64,000 nucleotides of DNA. Origin: an uncultured delta proteobacterium. Its GTDB lineage: Bacteria > Desulfobacterota > Binatia > Binatales > Binataceae. The notes under the pieces were generated by a model. That model saw nothing but the letters and a program-made list of their open reading frames with translations. It had not been told where the DNA came from and did not search any database. How positions within the stretch are numbered: the stretch's first letter is position 1; each line of letters starts with the position of its first letter. Positions 48,424-58,067 of this stretch are shown piece after piece. The translations under genes were made by a program, and so were the position numbers. Location of the stretch: contig CAWEEQ010000004.1 in NCBI GenBank assembly GCA_963808235.1, positions 3,520,001-3,584,000 of the forward strand. Direction: 5' to 3'.

Positions 48424-49947
48424 ATGCTGCCCGCATCGTGCACAACTGTCGTGCGCCGCGCCGCGATGCTCGCGGTCGCCTTGCTATTGCTCGCCAGTCT
48501 CGCCGATGCGCACGTCGGCAGTCCCAACGTTTTTTACGAAGGCGATGCGGGCCCGTATCATCTGTTCGTGACGGTCAACGTTCCCGCGGTGATCCCCGGC
48601 GTTGCCGACGTGCAGATTCGATCCGACTCTGACGACGTGCGACAGGTCAGCACCGCGGTGACCCGGCTGGCGGGCGCGGGTTCGAAATATGCTCCGGTCC
48701 CGGACATCGCACAGCGCTCGCCAATCGAGCCGCATCTTTTCACCTCGAGCTTGTGGCTGATGGAGTACGGTTCGATGCGGGTGCTGATCAACGTCAGCGG
48801 CACGCACGGTGCGGCGCAATTGTCGGTGCCGGTGCCGTCGGCGGCACGCGTGATGCTCCCGATGCCGCCGGCACTGGGCGCATTGTTGCTGGCGCTCGCG
48901 ATAGGTCTCGCACTCGGGGCGATCTCGATCGTGGGCGGCGCGGCCCGCGAATCGCGCCTCGCTCCGGGCGCTCCCGTCACGCCGGAGCTCAGGCGGCGCG
49001 GATGGCGCGCGATGGCGATAGTGGGAGTCGTCACGGCGGCAATCTTCTATCTCGCGTTTGCGTGGTGGGACTTCGACGCACAGAACTACGCCGCGATTAC
49101 CAATGTCTTCAAGCCGCCGAAGCTTTCGCTGACCCTTGTAGACCGAAATCGCCTCGCGATTCGCCCGTCGCCTGCGGATCAGGATTGGCTGCGGTTGAAG
49201 GTTATGGATCGCCTCGTGCCCGACCACGGCCATCTGATGCACTTCTTCCTCGTGCGCAAGCCCGCGCTCGACCGCATCTGGCATTTGCATCCGGTTCGCG
49301 AGCCCGATGGCTCATTCGTCGCCGCGCTCCCGTCGCTCGAACCCGGCCTCTACAGCGCGTTCGCCGATATCGTCAGCCAAAATGGATTTCCATGGACGCT
49401 GGTCGGCTCGATCGACTTGCCGCAGGTAAGCGGTGCGCCGCTAAGCTGTGACGACTCCGGCGGCATAGCACCTCCGCTCACGTCGTCATCGGATTCCACC
49501 CTCGATGCTCTTAGTGACGGCACGCGCGTGGTGTGGCATCGTGATGGCGCCGCACTACGCGCGAATGCGCCGATGATCCTGCGCTTCGAAGTGCAGGATC
49601 AGAGTGGCAAGCCCGCGGCCGACCTCGAGCCGTATATGGGAATGGCGGCGCACGCCGAGATCGTCAGCTCCGATATGCAGGTGTTCGCGCACATCCATCC
49701 GTCGGGATCGGTTCCGATGGCGGCCCTGATGATGGCCGGCGCCGACTCTGGTATGACGCCTGATTCGATGGCGGGTATGAATATGAGCGGCATGAACATG
49801 ACTGCGAGCGCAAATGCCGCCACAAGAATCTCGCCCGAGCTTTCGATTCCCTACGGCTTTCCCAAGCCAGGCCACTACCGGATTTTTCTACAGTTCAAAC
49901 GCGTGGGCAAAATTGAGACCGCGTACTTCGATGCCGCGGTAAACTGA
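48424..49947 (+). CDS. Exported, membrane-anchored His/Met-rich putative copper protein (PmoB-like topology)
   Basis: Signal peptide ending ADA|HVGSP (His codon 48511); two internal TM helices; DHGHLMH, WHLHP, PYMGMAAH, AHIHP and a Met-rich loop. Confidence 0.6.
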   Translation: MLPASCTTVVRRAAMLAVALLLLASLADAHVGSPNVFYEGDAGPYHLFVTVNVPAVIPGVADVQIRSDSDDVRQVSTAVTRLAGAGSKYAPVPDIAQRSPIEPHLFTSSLWLMEYGSMRVLINVSGTHGAAQLSVPVPSAARVMLPMPPALGALLLALAIGLALGAISIVGGAARESRLAPGAPVTPELRRRGWRAMAIVGVVTAAIFYLAFAWWDFDAQNYAAITNVFKPPKLSLTLVDRNRLAIRPSPADQDWLRLKVMDRLVPDHGHLMHFFLVRKPALDRIWHLHPVREPDGSFVAALPSLEPGLYSAFADIVSQNGFPWTLVGSIDLPQVSGAPLSCDDSGGIAPPLTSSSDSTLDALSDGTRVVWHRDGAALRANAPMILRFEVQDQSGKPAADLEPYMGMAAHAEIVSSDMQVFAHIHPSGSVPMAALMMAGADSGMTPDSMAGMNMSGMNMTASANAATRISPELSIPYGFPKPGHYRIFLQFKRVGKIETAYFDAAVN

Positions 49948-50039
49948 CACCAGGCCGAAGTGCACACGCGCGAGGCTCTCCGCGCTCTTTCGGTGCAGTC
50001 GACAGCGTGCTAATCCAACTCCCTACAAGTAGGGGTCAA

Positions 50040-53000
50040 ATGCACTGCCCAGCCTGCGGAATCGACAATCCACGGCAGAAGAAATTCTGTGGCGATTGCG
50101 GCGCGATGCTTCCCATTTCCGCTCCGGACCTGGAGCCGTCATTGCGTCGTTCCGAGGCAACCGCGAGTACTGTGGACGCCGGCCAGATTCCGGACGGCGA
50201 GCGCAAGACGGTTACCGCTCTCTTTGCGGACATCAAGGGTTCGATGGAACTGATGGAGGACCTCGACCCGGAAGAAGCGCGCCATATTATCGATCCTTGT
50301 TTGAAGCTGATGATCAACGCGGTTCATGAGTACGAAGGCTATGTGGTCCAGTCCACCGGCGACGGCATCTTCGCGATTTTCGGTGCTCCAATCGCGTACG
50401 AGGATCATCCCCAGCGAGCGCTCTATGCCGCGGTAAGAATGCGCGATGAATTGCGGAACTACGGCGATAAGATGCTATCGCAAGGCCGTGCGGCAGTTAC
50501 GATCCGTGTTGGGGTCAATACCGGAGAAGTAATAGTTCGAATAATTCAAACCGACGAAACGCACGCCGAGTATACGCCGATCGGACATTCAACCAGCCTC
50601 GCCGCTCGTATGCAGGCGGTGGCTCCGCCCGGCTCGATAGCACTGACGGAAGACACTCGTCGTTTCGTTGAAGGTTACTTCGAATTCCGGGAACTTGGTC
50701 CGATCCGCGTGAAAGGGGTCAGGCACCCCGTCCGGGTTTCCGAGCTTACAGGGCTAGGTCATCCGCGAACCCGCTTCGAGGCAACCGCACACCGGGGGCT
50801 GACGAAGTTCGTCGGGCGCGAACAGGAATTTGCAACCCTCGTGGAAGCCTTCCGCAAAGCGGCAGCCGGTCGCGGTCAAATCGTTTTCGTGTCCGGTGAG
50901 GCCGGGTCCGGCAAGTCGCGGCTCTTCTTCGAGTTTCGGAGAACGATCGATCCTCGATGCCTGGTGCTCGAGATGCCATCGATTTCGCACGCCCGTGCGT
51001 CAGCATATATCCCGCTGGTCGAATTTCTAAAAGGGTACTTCGGGATCGGTGATGACGACACAGGTTCCGTTCGATGCGACAAGATCAGGCGGACCATCAC
51101 CCTCCTCGGGCAAGAACTGGAAGACACGGTGCCCTTCCTCGAATCGATGCTTGCGAGCGGTGGGGCGACTGATCCGCTTCGGCAGATGGATCCCGCTATC
51201 AAACAGCAGCGTACTTTTGCCGCAATAGCGCGGCTGCTACGGCGAGAGAGCCTGGATCGACCGGTCGTCCTCATCTTTGAGGACCTTCATTGGCTCGACG
51301 GCGGGAGCGAGTCCTTTGTACGTTCTATCGCCGGCGATCTGGCGGATGCTTCGATTCTGCTCCTGGCGAATTACCGCCCGGAATACGACTCCTCATGGTT
51401 GCGCTCAGCCAATTGCGCGACGTTGGACCTCCTGCCACTCACTGAAGGAAGCGCCAGCGACATGTTGGACGGCATACTGGGCAATGCGGAAAGTCTGGCG
51501 GTCCTCAAGCGATTGATAGTTGAAAAAGGAGAGGGAAATCCCTTCTTCATTCAGGAAATCGTACAGACCCTGCTCGACCGCGGCGTTCTGGTCCGAGAGC
51601 CGACCCTCAAGCTGGCGTCACCGGTCAAACGCATCGATATTCCCGCGACGGTTCAAATCGTCCTGGCCTCTCGAATCGATAGCCTCCCGAGCTCTCACCG
51701 AGAAGTACTGCAAACGTTAGCTGTTATAGGAAGAGAATTTTCCCTCGAGTTGGTCGAACGAACGACTCTGAAATCGAGAGGCGACCTGGAGCGAACGCTG
51801 GAAGAATTACGAATGGGGGAATTTCTCGTTGAACGTGGTTCATCGCCGGAAAGTACCTACGCCTTCAAGCATGCACTGACGCAAGAGGTCGCGTATCGAT
51901 CTTTGCTGTCGGAACGGCGCGCCTTGATGCATGAAAGGGTCGGAAACGCCATTGAGGAGATGTCGGCCGCACATCTTGAAGATCATATAGCCAGCCTCGC
52001 ACATCATTTCCGCCTCAGCTCAAACGCTGAAAAGGCGATCCGGTATCTTCGACTGGCCGGTGAGCAAGCGAGCCGTCGTTCTGCGAATGTAGAAGCCCTC
52101 GAACTTTTGCGGGCAGCACTCCAACTAATAAGCAAAGGTGCCGATGTGCCTGCGCTCGGGCGCATCGAACTGGAGACGCTGGTACAGGTCGGCGGGGTAC
52201 TTATCGCTAGCAAGGGCTACGCCGCGGCTGAATTGCAGGACGGCTTCGCAAGGATGTTCCAGCTCTGCGACCAGATCGACGATCCGATGTTGCGGTTCTT
52301 CGTACAAATCCAGGCGTGGGCATTCGCGTCGGTACGCGGAGAGCATGTCCCACGCGCGCTCGCGCTTTGTGAAAACCTGCGAACGATGGCCACGACGTTT
52401 GGGCATCCGATGCTTGCGGCCTGGTCGCACGTAGCCAGCGGCAATACTGCCTATCACATGGGACGCATGGCGCTCGCGCGTGACGAGCTGGAAAAAGGGC
52501 TCGCACTGTACGATCCAGTAAGCATGCAAGCCTCAGGCGCGTTTCAAGACGCAGGCATACTGGCAAGCGCCTATCTTGCTCCTACTCTGTGGTTCCTGGG
52601 CTATCCGGATCGCGCGTTGGAGGCTGGTCGAGCCGCAATTCAGCTAGCGCGTGAAAGGAAGGATCCTTTCGGAGAAGCGCATGCGACCTCGTTTACGGCA
52701 ACCGTTGCGCAGTTGCGCGGTGATGCTCCGGCGGCGCTGAAATTCGCGGATGCCGCAATTGCACTGGGAACCGAGCATGGTTTTCCAATTTGGCTCGGCC
52801 AAGGCCAGATGTGGCGCGGATGGTCTCTCTGCGCACTGGGTAAGACGCGAGAAGGAATCGAGCAGCTCGAAACCGGCATCGGGACTTACTCTGGAACCGG
52901 CGCAAGATTGGGAATCACTTATTGGGCGAACCTGCGCGCAGAGACTTACTTGATGGCCGGCGATGCCGAGCGCGCACTCGCCGCGGCTCGCCAGGTATCG

Positions 53001-53318
53001 GAGTTGGTCGCAGGGGGCGGTGAAGGTATCTGCGAGCCCGAATTGTACAGACTGATTGGCGAGGCGACGCTAAGGCACGATGAGAACGCGCTCGCCGAAG
53101 CTTGCGAGTCATTCCGCAAGGCAATCGAAATCGCCCGTCTGCATGGTACAAAGTCCTGGGAGCTCAGAGCTACCACCAGCCTCGCCCGGGCGCTCAAGGC
53201 GCAAGGACTTCTCAAGCAATCCTATGAGACCCTTCGACAGAGTCTCGACTGGTTTAGAGAAGGGTTCGACACTGCTGACCTTAAGGAGGCTCGGGCTTTG
53301 TTACAGCAACTATCGTAA
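50040..53318 (+). CDS. Zinc-ribbon + class III adenylate/guanylate cyclase + AAA/STAND ATPase + TPR-like protein
   Basis: CPACG...CGDCG; LFADIKGS and GDG; Walker A GEAGSGKS, Walker B FEDLHW; GNPFF; C-terminal WELRATTSLA...GFDTADL. Confidence 0.92.
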   Translation: MHCPACGIDNPRQKKFCGDCGAMLPISAPDLEPSLRRSEATASTVDAGQIPDGERKTVTALFADIKGSMELMEDLDPEEARHIIDPCLKLMINAVHEYEGYVVQSTGDGIFAIFGAPIAYEDHPQRALYAAVRMRDELRNYGDKMLSQGRAAVTIRVGVNTGEVIVRIIQTDETHAEYTPIGHSTSLAARMQAVAPPGSIALTEDTRRFVEGYFEFRELGPIRVKGVRHPVRVSELTGLGHPRTRFEATAHRGLTKFVGREQEFATLVEAFRKAAAGRGQIVFVSGEAGSGKSRLFFEFRRTIDPRCLVLEMPSISHARASAYIPLVEFLKGYFGIGDDDTGSVRCDKIRRTITLLGQELEDTVPFLESMLASGGATDPLRQMDPAIKQQRTFAAIARLLRRESLDRPVVLIFEDLHWLDGGSESFVRSIAGDLADASILLLANYRPEYDSSWLRSANCATLDLLPLTEGSASDMLDGILGNAESLAVLKRLIVEKGEGNPFFIQEIVQTLLDRGVLVREPTLKLASPVKRIDIPATVQIVLASRIDSLPSSHREVLQTLAVIGREFSLELVERTTLKSRGDLERTLEELRMGEFLVERGSSPESTYAFKHALTQEVAYRSLLSERRALMHERVGNAIEEMSAAHLEDHIASLAHHFRLSSNAEKAIRYLRLAGEQASRRSANVEALELLRAALQLISKGADVPALGRIELETLVQVGGVLIASKGYAAAELQDGFARMFQLCDQIDDPMLRFFVQIQAWAFASVRGEHVPRALALCENLRTMATTFGHPMLAAWSHVASGNTAYHMGRMALARDELEKGLALYDPVSMQASGAFQDAGILASAYLAPTLWFLGYPDRALEAGRAAIQLARERKDPFGEAHATSFTATVAQLRGDAPAALKFADAAIALGTEHGFPIWLGQGQMWRGWSLCALGKTREGIEQLETGIGTYSGTGARLGITYWANLRAETYLMAGDAERALAAARQVSELVAGGGEGICEPELYRLIGEATLRHDENALAEACESFRKAIEIARLHGTKSWELRATTSLARALKAQGLLKQSYETLRQSLDWFREGFDTADLKEARALLQQLS

Positions 53319-53354
53319 GTCAAGTCGGAGTTGCCTTCTGCCGAAACAAACTGA

Positions 53355-55370
53355 ATGGCCGACAGTAAGCAACAGACCCGGGTCGTAATCCTTGGCGCCG
53401 GATGCGGCGCGATCGCCACTGCGTTCTGGCTGACTAGCACCAAGGAACTATGCGAGCGCTACAAGGTCAGCATCTACACCCATGGCTGGCGCCTGGGCGG
53501 CAAAGCGGCTAGCGGCCGAGATGAAGATCACGGCCAGGCGATCCAGGAGCATGGTCTGCACATTTTGATGGGTTGGTACGAGATCGCTTTCAAGACCATC
53601 CGCGCCTGTTACGCCGAGTGGCGCAAGGAGCCGGACAATCCATTCAAAACCTGGTGCGACGCTTTTACTCCTCTCCGACAGGTGACTCTCGAACAGCAAC
53701 TTCCAAATGATCAGACGGGCGAATGGTATCCCTGGAACATGAAGTTCCCGAAGAACAGGCATACGCCTGGGGAACCTGCGAGCGACCTCAGGCTTCAGGT
53801 TGTTCCTACAATCCTGGGCTGGCTGAAGAAGCACCTGTGGAGCGAACCCAGACTCGGTCCGGCAGGAGAAATCCAGGTCACCGGCCTCCGCAACTTGAAA
53901 TCGATGCATCGGAAGGCGGTTCGAGCCGCCAAGCATCCGAATCTAAGTATCGACATCTATAAGGACCTCGCGCGTTCACTTGTAGAGTTTCAGGGTTGGT
54001 TCCAGGGTCTCGCTCAGCCTCCACTAGTTGCGGCGGGATCGCGAGGAGAAGAGATCTGCGCGTTCACGGACTACGCGATCGCGCTGATGAAAGGCTATAT
54101 TCGCGACGTCCTTCCGGACTGGAACAAGGGAATCGAAAAGCTCGACGAAATCGAGTATCGGGCCTGGCTGAAGACGGCCGGTATGAGTGACAAGTACTTA
54201 AGCTTCGCGCCCGTGCGAGTCCTTTACGATTTGGCGTTCGCATACGAGCGCGGCGATTCGTCGACGATCGCCAACGGCAGGATCGCGGCAGGTTCAGGGC
54301 TGCGTGCGCTCTTGATGATGACGTTGGACTACAAAGGTGCGCCGCTTTGGAAGATGAATGCGGGGATGGGCGACACCATCTTCTCGCCTATGTACTCGGT
54401 GTTGAAGGCCCGCGGCGTTGATATCCATTTCTTTCACCGCGTGACCAACATCCACCTAAGCAACGATGGCAAGTCGATAGAGTCGATCTCGATGTACCGG
54501 CAAGTCAAATTGCTCAAGTCCACTTACACGCCATTTCGCAAGGTCAAAGGATTCCCCTCTTGGCCCTCGGAACCAAGATGGAGCGAAATTGAAGGCGGTG
54601 CGGCGAAGGACGCCTGGGATCTCGAATCGATGTGGTGTCAGTATCGCGTTGAACCCGATTTCGAGCTAAAGGACTTCGATCTCGTCGTGCTTGCGATCCC
54701 GCCGGCATCGCTTCCGATACTAGGTCAGGAACTACTGGACAAGAGTCCAGCAATTCAGGCCATGCACCAGAATACGCAATCGGTGGCTACCCAGGCTTCT
54801 CAGCTCTGGCTCAAGCCAAAGCTCGCCAAGTTGGGATGGAAGCTCGGCCCGACCGTTCTCAGCACCTATGCAGACCCATTTCGCTCCTGGGGCGAGATGT
54901 CACATCTGCTTGCCATGGAAGACTGGCCAAAGCCAAAGCCGCACTCTTGTGAGTACTTCTGCGGAACGCTCATTCCGCCGCGGCAGATGCCCCCCTTCAA
55001 CAGTTACAATTTTCCGAAACAACAAGCGGATCGGGTAAAGCAGGAGTTTGCCGGCTGGATGAGGAGCAATATCGGCCAGCTATGGCCGAATGCGGCAGCG
55101 GGCGGCGGCATCGACACCGGTCTCGTGGTCCATGAATTCTACCGCGCAAATCTCGATCCGTCCGAGCTGTACGTGCAGACCTTTCCGAACAGCGTCCAAT
55201 ATCGGCTAAAGCCCGGCGACACCTCGCGAACCGGTATCGACAATTTATATTTCGCGGGCGATTGGACGAGAGGAAAAGTCAACGGAGGATGCGCCGAAGG
55301 AGCATTCGAATCCGGCAAAATGGCTGCGGAGGCGATCACAAAACAGTCACTCGATATTCCTCTTCTCTAG
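53355..55370 (+). CDS. Large FAD/NAD(P)-binding oxidoreductase (amine oxidase / carotenoid desaturase superfamily), function unknown
   Basis: ILGAGCGA, GWRLGGKAASGR, EHGLHILMGWY and NLYFAGDW...GCAEGAFESG. Confidence 0.8.
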   Translation: MADSKQQTRVVILGAGCGAIATAFWLTSTKELCERYKVSIYTHGWRLGGKAASGRDEDHGQAIQEHGLHILMGWYEIAFKTIRACYAEWRKEPDNPFKTWCDAFTPLRQVTLEQQLPNDQTGEWYPWNMKFPKNRHTPGEPASDLRLQVVPTILGWLKKHLWSEPRLGPAGEIQVTGLRNLKSMHRKAVRAAKHPNLSIDIYKDLARSLVEFQGWFQGLAQPPLVAAGSRGEEICAFTDYAIALMKGYIRDVLPDWNKGIEKLDEIEYRAWLKTAGMSDKYLSFAPVRVLYDLAFAYERGDSSTIANGRIAAGSGLRALLMMTLDYKGAPLWKMNAGMGDTIFSPMYSVLKARGVDIHFFHRVTNIHLSNDGKSIESISMYRQVKLLKSTYTPFRKVKGFPSWPSEPRWSEIEGGAAKDAWDLESMWCQYRVEPDFELKDFDLVVLAIPPASLPILGQELLDKSPAIQAMHQNTQSVATQASQLWLKPKLAKLGWKLGPTVLSTYADPFRSWGEMSHLLAMEDWPKPKPHSCEYFCGTLIPPRQMPPFNSYNFPKQQADRVKQEFAGWMRSNIGQLWPNAAAGGGIDTGLVVHEFYRANLDPSELYVQTFPNSVQYRLKPGDTSRTGIDNLYFAGDWTRGKVNGGCAEGAFESGKMAAEAITKQSLDIPLL

Positions 55371-55379
55371 TCACACTCC

Positions 55380-56366
55380 TTAAGTTGCCGTCCAGACGGT
55401 TTCTCCGGCTGGCGCGTCGAAGTCCATCATTGCCCAGAATGCGAATTTCACAGGTAGCGAGTAGCGTCCGCCATTCTTCGCGCCTCGGTTTTGCAGTCCG
55501 AAGTCAGTCGCGAGATCGTGGCTATCGCACTGCAGTATTTCTACTGTGTACTTGCCTTTCAGATAGCCACCCTCTCTTAATTTCGCCTTCAGGAATGCTC
55601 TCACAAGGGACTGGTAGCACGCTAGTTGCGTCTTCTCGGTGTCTCTCATCTGCTTAAGGTTGATGACGGGAACATCTACTCCAATCGATAGTTGCAGAAA
55701 ATTGGCAAGAGTATCGCGACTTCGGCCCAATTTTACGGGCCACGGACCGAGCGCCGTGTCTATTGCTCTGAGAACTGACCCCGAATCTTGCCAGGACGTC
55801 TCAGTCGGTCCAAAGGTGCCACCACCATCGCGAGTGACGCTGATCAAGGTGTCCACGCGAGCCTTCGTGGACGGGTCAAAGCTCTCGAATATCAAGGTCT
55901 GCGTGTTGAAGACTGCTGCATCGGTTGGTTCGGGTATCAGCGATTGACCCAGCGACTTGTTGTATCCCCATACGTCGCGCCCGGTCACCATACCGAGTCC
56001 TACGTCGATAACCAGGTAGGGCATCCAAAGGCACAACTTATAAGAGAGCGGCGAATCCGCGAGCTTTTGGATCAACGGAACCATGATGGCGGTTTCGTGA
56101 TCCTCGGCCCATCCGATGTTGATCGGCGAAGTGAAATGCCCAGTGTGTTGATACAGCAGCAGAACGTAGTCGCCCAAAACGCGGTACTTTACAACGCCTT
56201 TGCCTACTGTACCGAGGGTGGAATCCACGAACTTCTGAATACTCGCGCGGTCAGAGGGCAGGGCGAATGCGTAAAGCAGATCGTCAGTCGCCGTGAGAGG
56301 AGCCGCAAAATCTACTTCACCGTGCCTGAGCCAGGATACGAACCTCGGTAACTTAGTCTTAGCCAT
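55380..56366 (-). CDS. Acetoacetate-decarboxylase-like fold protein
   Basis: ETAIMVP, MPYLVID, GRDVWGYNK (G-R-x-x-W-G-x-x-K pattern with a Lys at the Schiff-base position) and INLKQMRD...ACYQSLV. Confidence 0.65.
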   Translation of the reverse strand: MAKTKLPRFVSWLRHGEVDFAAPLTATDDLLYAFALPSDRASIQKFVDSTLGTVGKGVVKYRVLGDYVLLLYQHTGHFTSPINIGWAEDHETAIMVPLIQKLADSPLSYKLCLWMPYLVIDVGLGMVTGRDVWGYNKSLGQSLIPEPTDAAVFNTQTLIFESFDPSTKARVDTLISVTRDGGGTFGPTETSWQDSGSVLRAIDTALGPWPVKLGRSRDTLANFLQLSIGVDVPVINLKQMRDTEKTQLACYQSLVRAFLKAKLREGGYLKGKYTVEILQCDSHDLATDFGLQNRGAKNGGRYSLPVKFAFWAMMDFDAPAGETVWTAT

Positions 56367-56586
56367 ACCTTTCCCCCCGGTATGTTAGCCCGAATCACTT
56401 CGGCGGTCGTCTGTAAGGTCGCCTACTCTACAACATGGTACACCGTCCTTCTAGCGCGATAATCAATGCTCAAGTGGGAATTTTACTTCCGGACGGCCCT
56501 CGATTCGTCTGGAGTCCCGGCTGCCATCGCGGTCGGGCTGTCCTGACGGTGACTGGCGCGATAGGATTGGACGATGAGCGTGACTC

Positions 56587-57603
56587 ATGACGACTTCGCC
56601 TAAGTCGCTGACTAGCTCGAGCGAAAGCCTCCCGATCGTCGATATCAGCTCGGGCGACATTGCGCGCATCGGCGCGGCGCTCGATCGCGCGTGCTCCGAG
56701 TTCGGGTTCTTCTACGCGACGGGGCATGGAATCGATCCGGCCCTCTCGGCGCGGATGATGACGCTCGCAGGCGAGTTCTTCGCTTTACCCCTGGAACAGA
56801 AGCTCGCGATCGAAATGGCGCACGGCGGGCGAGCCTGGCGTGGGTACTTCCCCGTCGAAGGTGAGCTGACCTCCGGGCGGCCCGATCGCAAGGAAGGAAT
56901 CTACTTCGGTACCGAGCTGGGCGCCGACGATCCACGTGTCCAGGCCGGCCTGCCGCTTCATGGCATGAACCTCTATCCTCCGCTACCCGGGTTCCGCGAT
57001 ACCCTGTTGACCTACATGGACAACGTCACGGCGGTTGGGCAAAGACTGCTGAGCGGAATTGCCCTCGGGCTCGGCCTCGGGCCCGACTACTTCCTCGACC
57101 GCTACACGCGCGACCCGACCGTGCTCTTTCGTATCTTCAACTATCCGCCATCAGCAGCACTCGCCGACGAGAACGAATTCGGTGTGGGTGAGCACACCGA
57201 CTACGGCCTTCTGACACTGCTGCGGCAGGACGAGGTCGGAGGCCTCGAAATTTGGCATCAGGACCGGTGGCTGCCTGCCCCGCCGGTGCCCGACTCGTTT
57301 GTCTGCAATGTCGGCGACATGCTCGAGCGATTGACGGCGGGGCGATACGTCTCGGCACTGCATCGCGCCCGAAACGTCTCGACGCGCAATCGCGTCTCGA
57401 TGCCGCTCTTCCTCGATCCAAGCTTCGACGCGGTGCTGGAGCCAATCACGGCCGTTACGCCGGACCGCTGGGCCGCGCGTCGGAACCGACCCGCGCGTCG
57501 ATGGGACGGCGCTGACCTGGCCACGGTTAGCGGGAGTTATGGCGACTACCTGCTGAGCAAGGTTTCGAGAGTGTTCCCGCAATTGAAAAGCGAAGTGCTT
57601 TAG
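56587..57603 (+). CDS. 2-oxoglutarate/Fe(II) oxygenase, isopenicillin N synthase family
   Basis: LPIVDIS, GFFYATGHGI, HTDYG (HxD), NVGDML, SALHR and RVS (RxS). Confidence 0.93.
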   Translation: MTTSPKSLTSSSESLPIVDISSGDIARIGAALDRACSEFGFFYATGHGIDPALSARMMTLAGEFFALPLEQKLAIEMAHGGRAWRGYFPVEGELTSGRPDRKEGIYFGTELGADDPRVQAGLPLHGMNLYPPLPGFRDTLLTYMDNVTAVGQRLLSGIALGLGLGPDYFLDRYTRDPTVLFRIFNYPPSAALADENEFGVGEHTDYGLLTLLRQDEVGGLEIWHQDRWLPAPPVPDSFVCNVGDMLERLTAGRYVSALHRARNVSTRNRVSMPLFLDPSFDAVLEPITAVTPDRWAARRNRPARRWDGADLATVSGSYGDYLLSKVSRVFPQLKSEVL

Positions 57604-57605
57604 CT

Positions 57606-58067
57606 TCAGCTGTTGGAATCGTGGAATCTGGTCTGAACCAGCCGTTGAATTACGGCAAAGAGCATCGCCGTCGATACCCCGAACATGAGCATTCCGTCGG
57701 CTGTTTCCAGCGGTCCCAACAATTTCCAGGACGCCGACGTGATTACATCGCTATCGCCCAACGACGTGTAGCTAACCGCCGAGTAGTAGAGGGCCGCCGA
57801 GAATCGAGTGAATTCATTGCATAGAATGAACACGCCGGCCCAAGCTGCTATTTCGATCAGATGCGCCGCGAGCGCCATCAGCGTCGTTCCCGCTACAAAG
57901 ATCACGTCGCTCCAGAAGTGGACGCCGGCGTGGCCGAGCCTCCACTGGCGTCGGACTAAGTGAACGATCGTTATCAGAATCAACGCGTGAATGACGACGG
58001 TGCAGAAAGTGGCCGCCACGCCGACCAGCAGAGGAGCCCAAATCAATATCTGATTCGAAGGAACCAT
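57606..58067 (-). CDS. Small two-TM/pore (Ion_trans_2) ion-channel-family protein
   Basis: Pore helix ALYYSAVSYTSLGDSD followed by WKLLGPLE...GMLMFG. Confidence 0.8.
   Translation of the reverse strand: MVPSNQILIWAPLLVGVAATFCTVVIHALILITIVHLVRRQWRLGHAGVHFWSDVIFVAGTTLMALAAHLIEIAAWAGVFILCNEFTRFSAALYYSAVSYTSLGDSDVITSASWKLLGPLETADGMLMFGVSTAMLFAVIQRLVQTRFHDSNS

Noticed and set aside
47210-49947. Calling this locus pmoCAB/amoCAB or evidence of methanotrophy
   Set aside because: Similarity is limited to motifs and topology, the PmoB HxH is missing, and no supporting C1 or nitrification genes are in the window.
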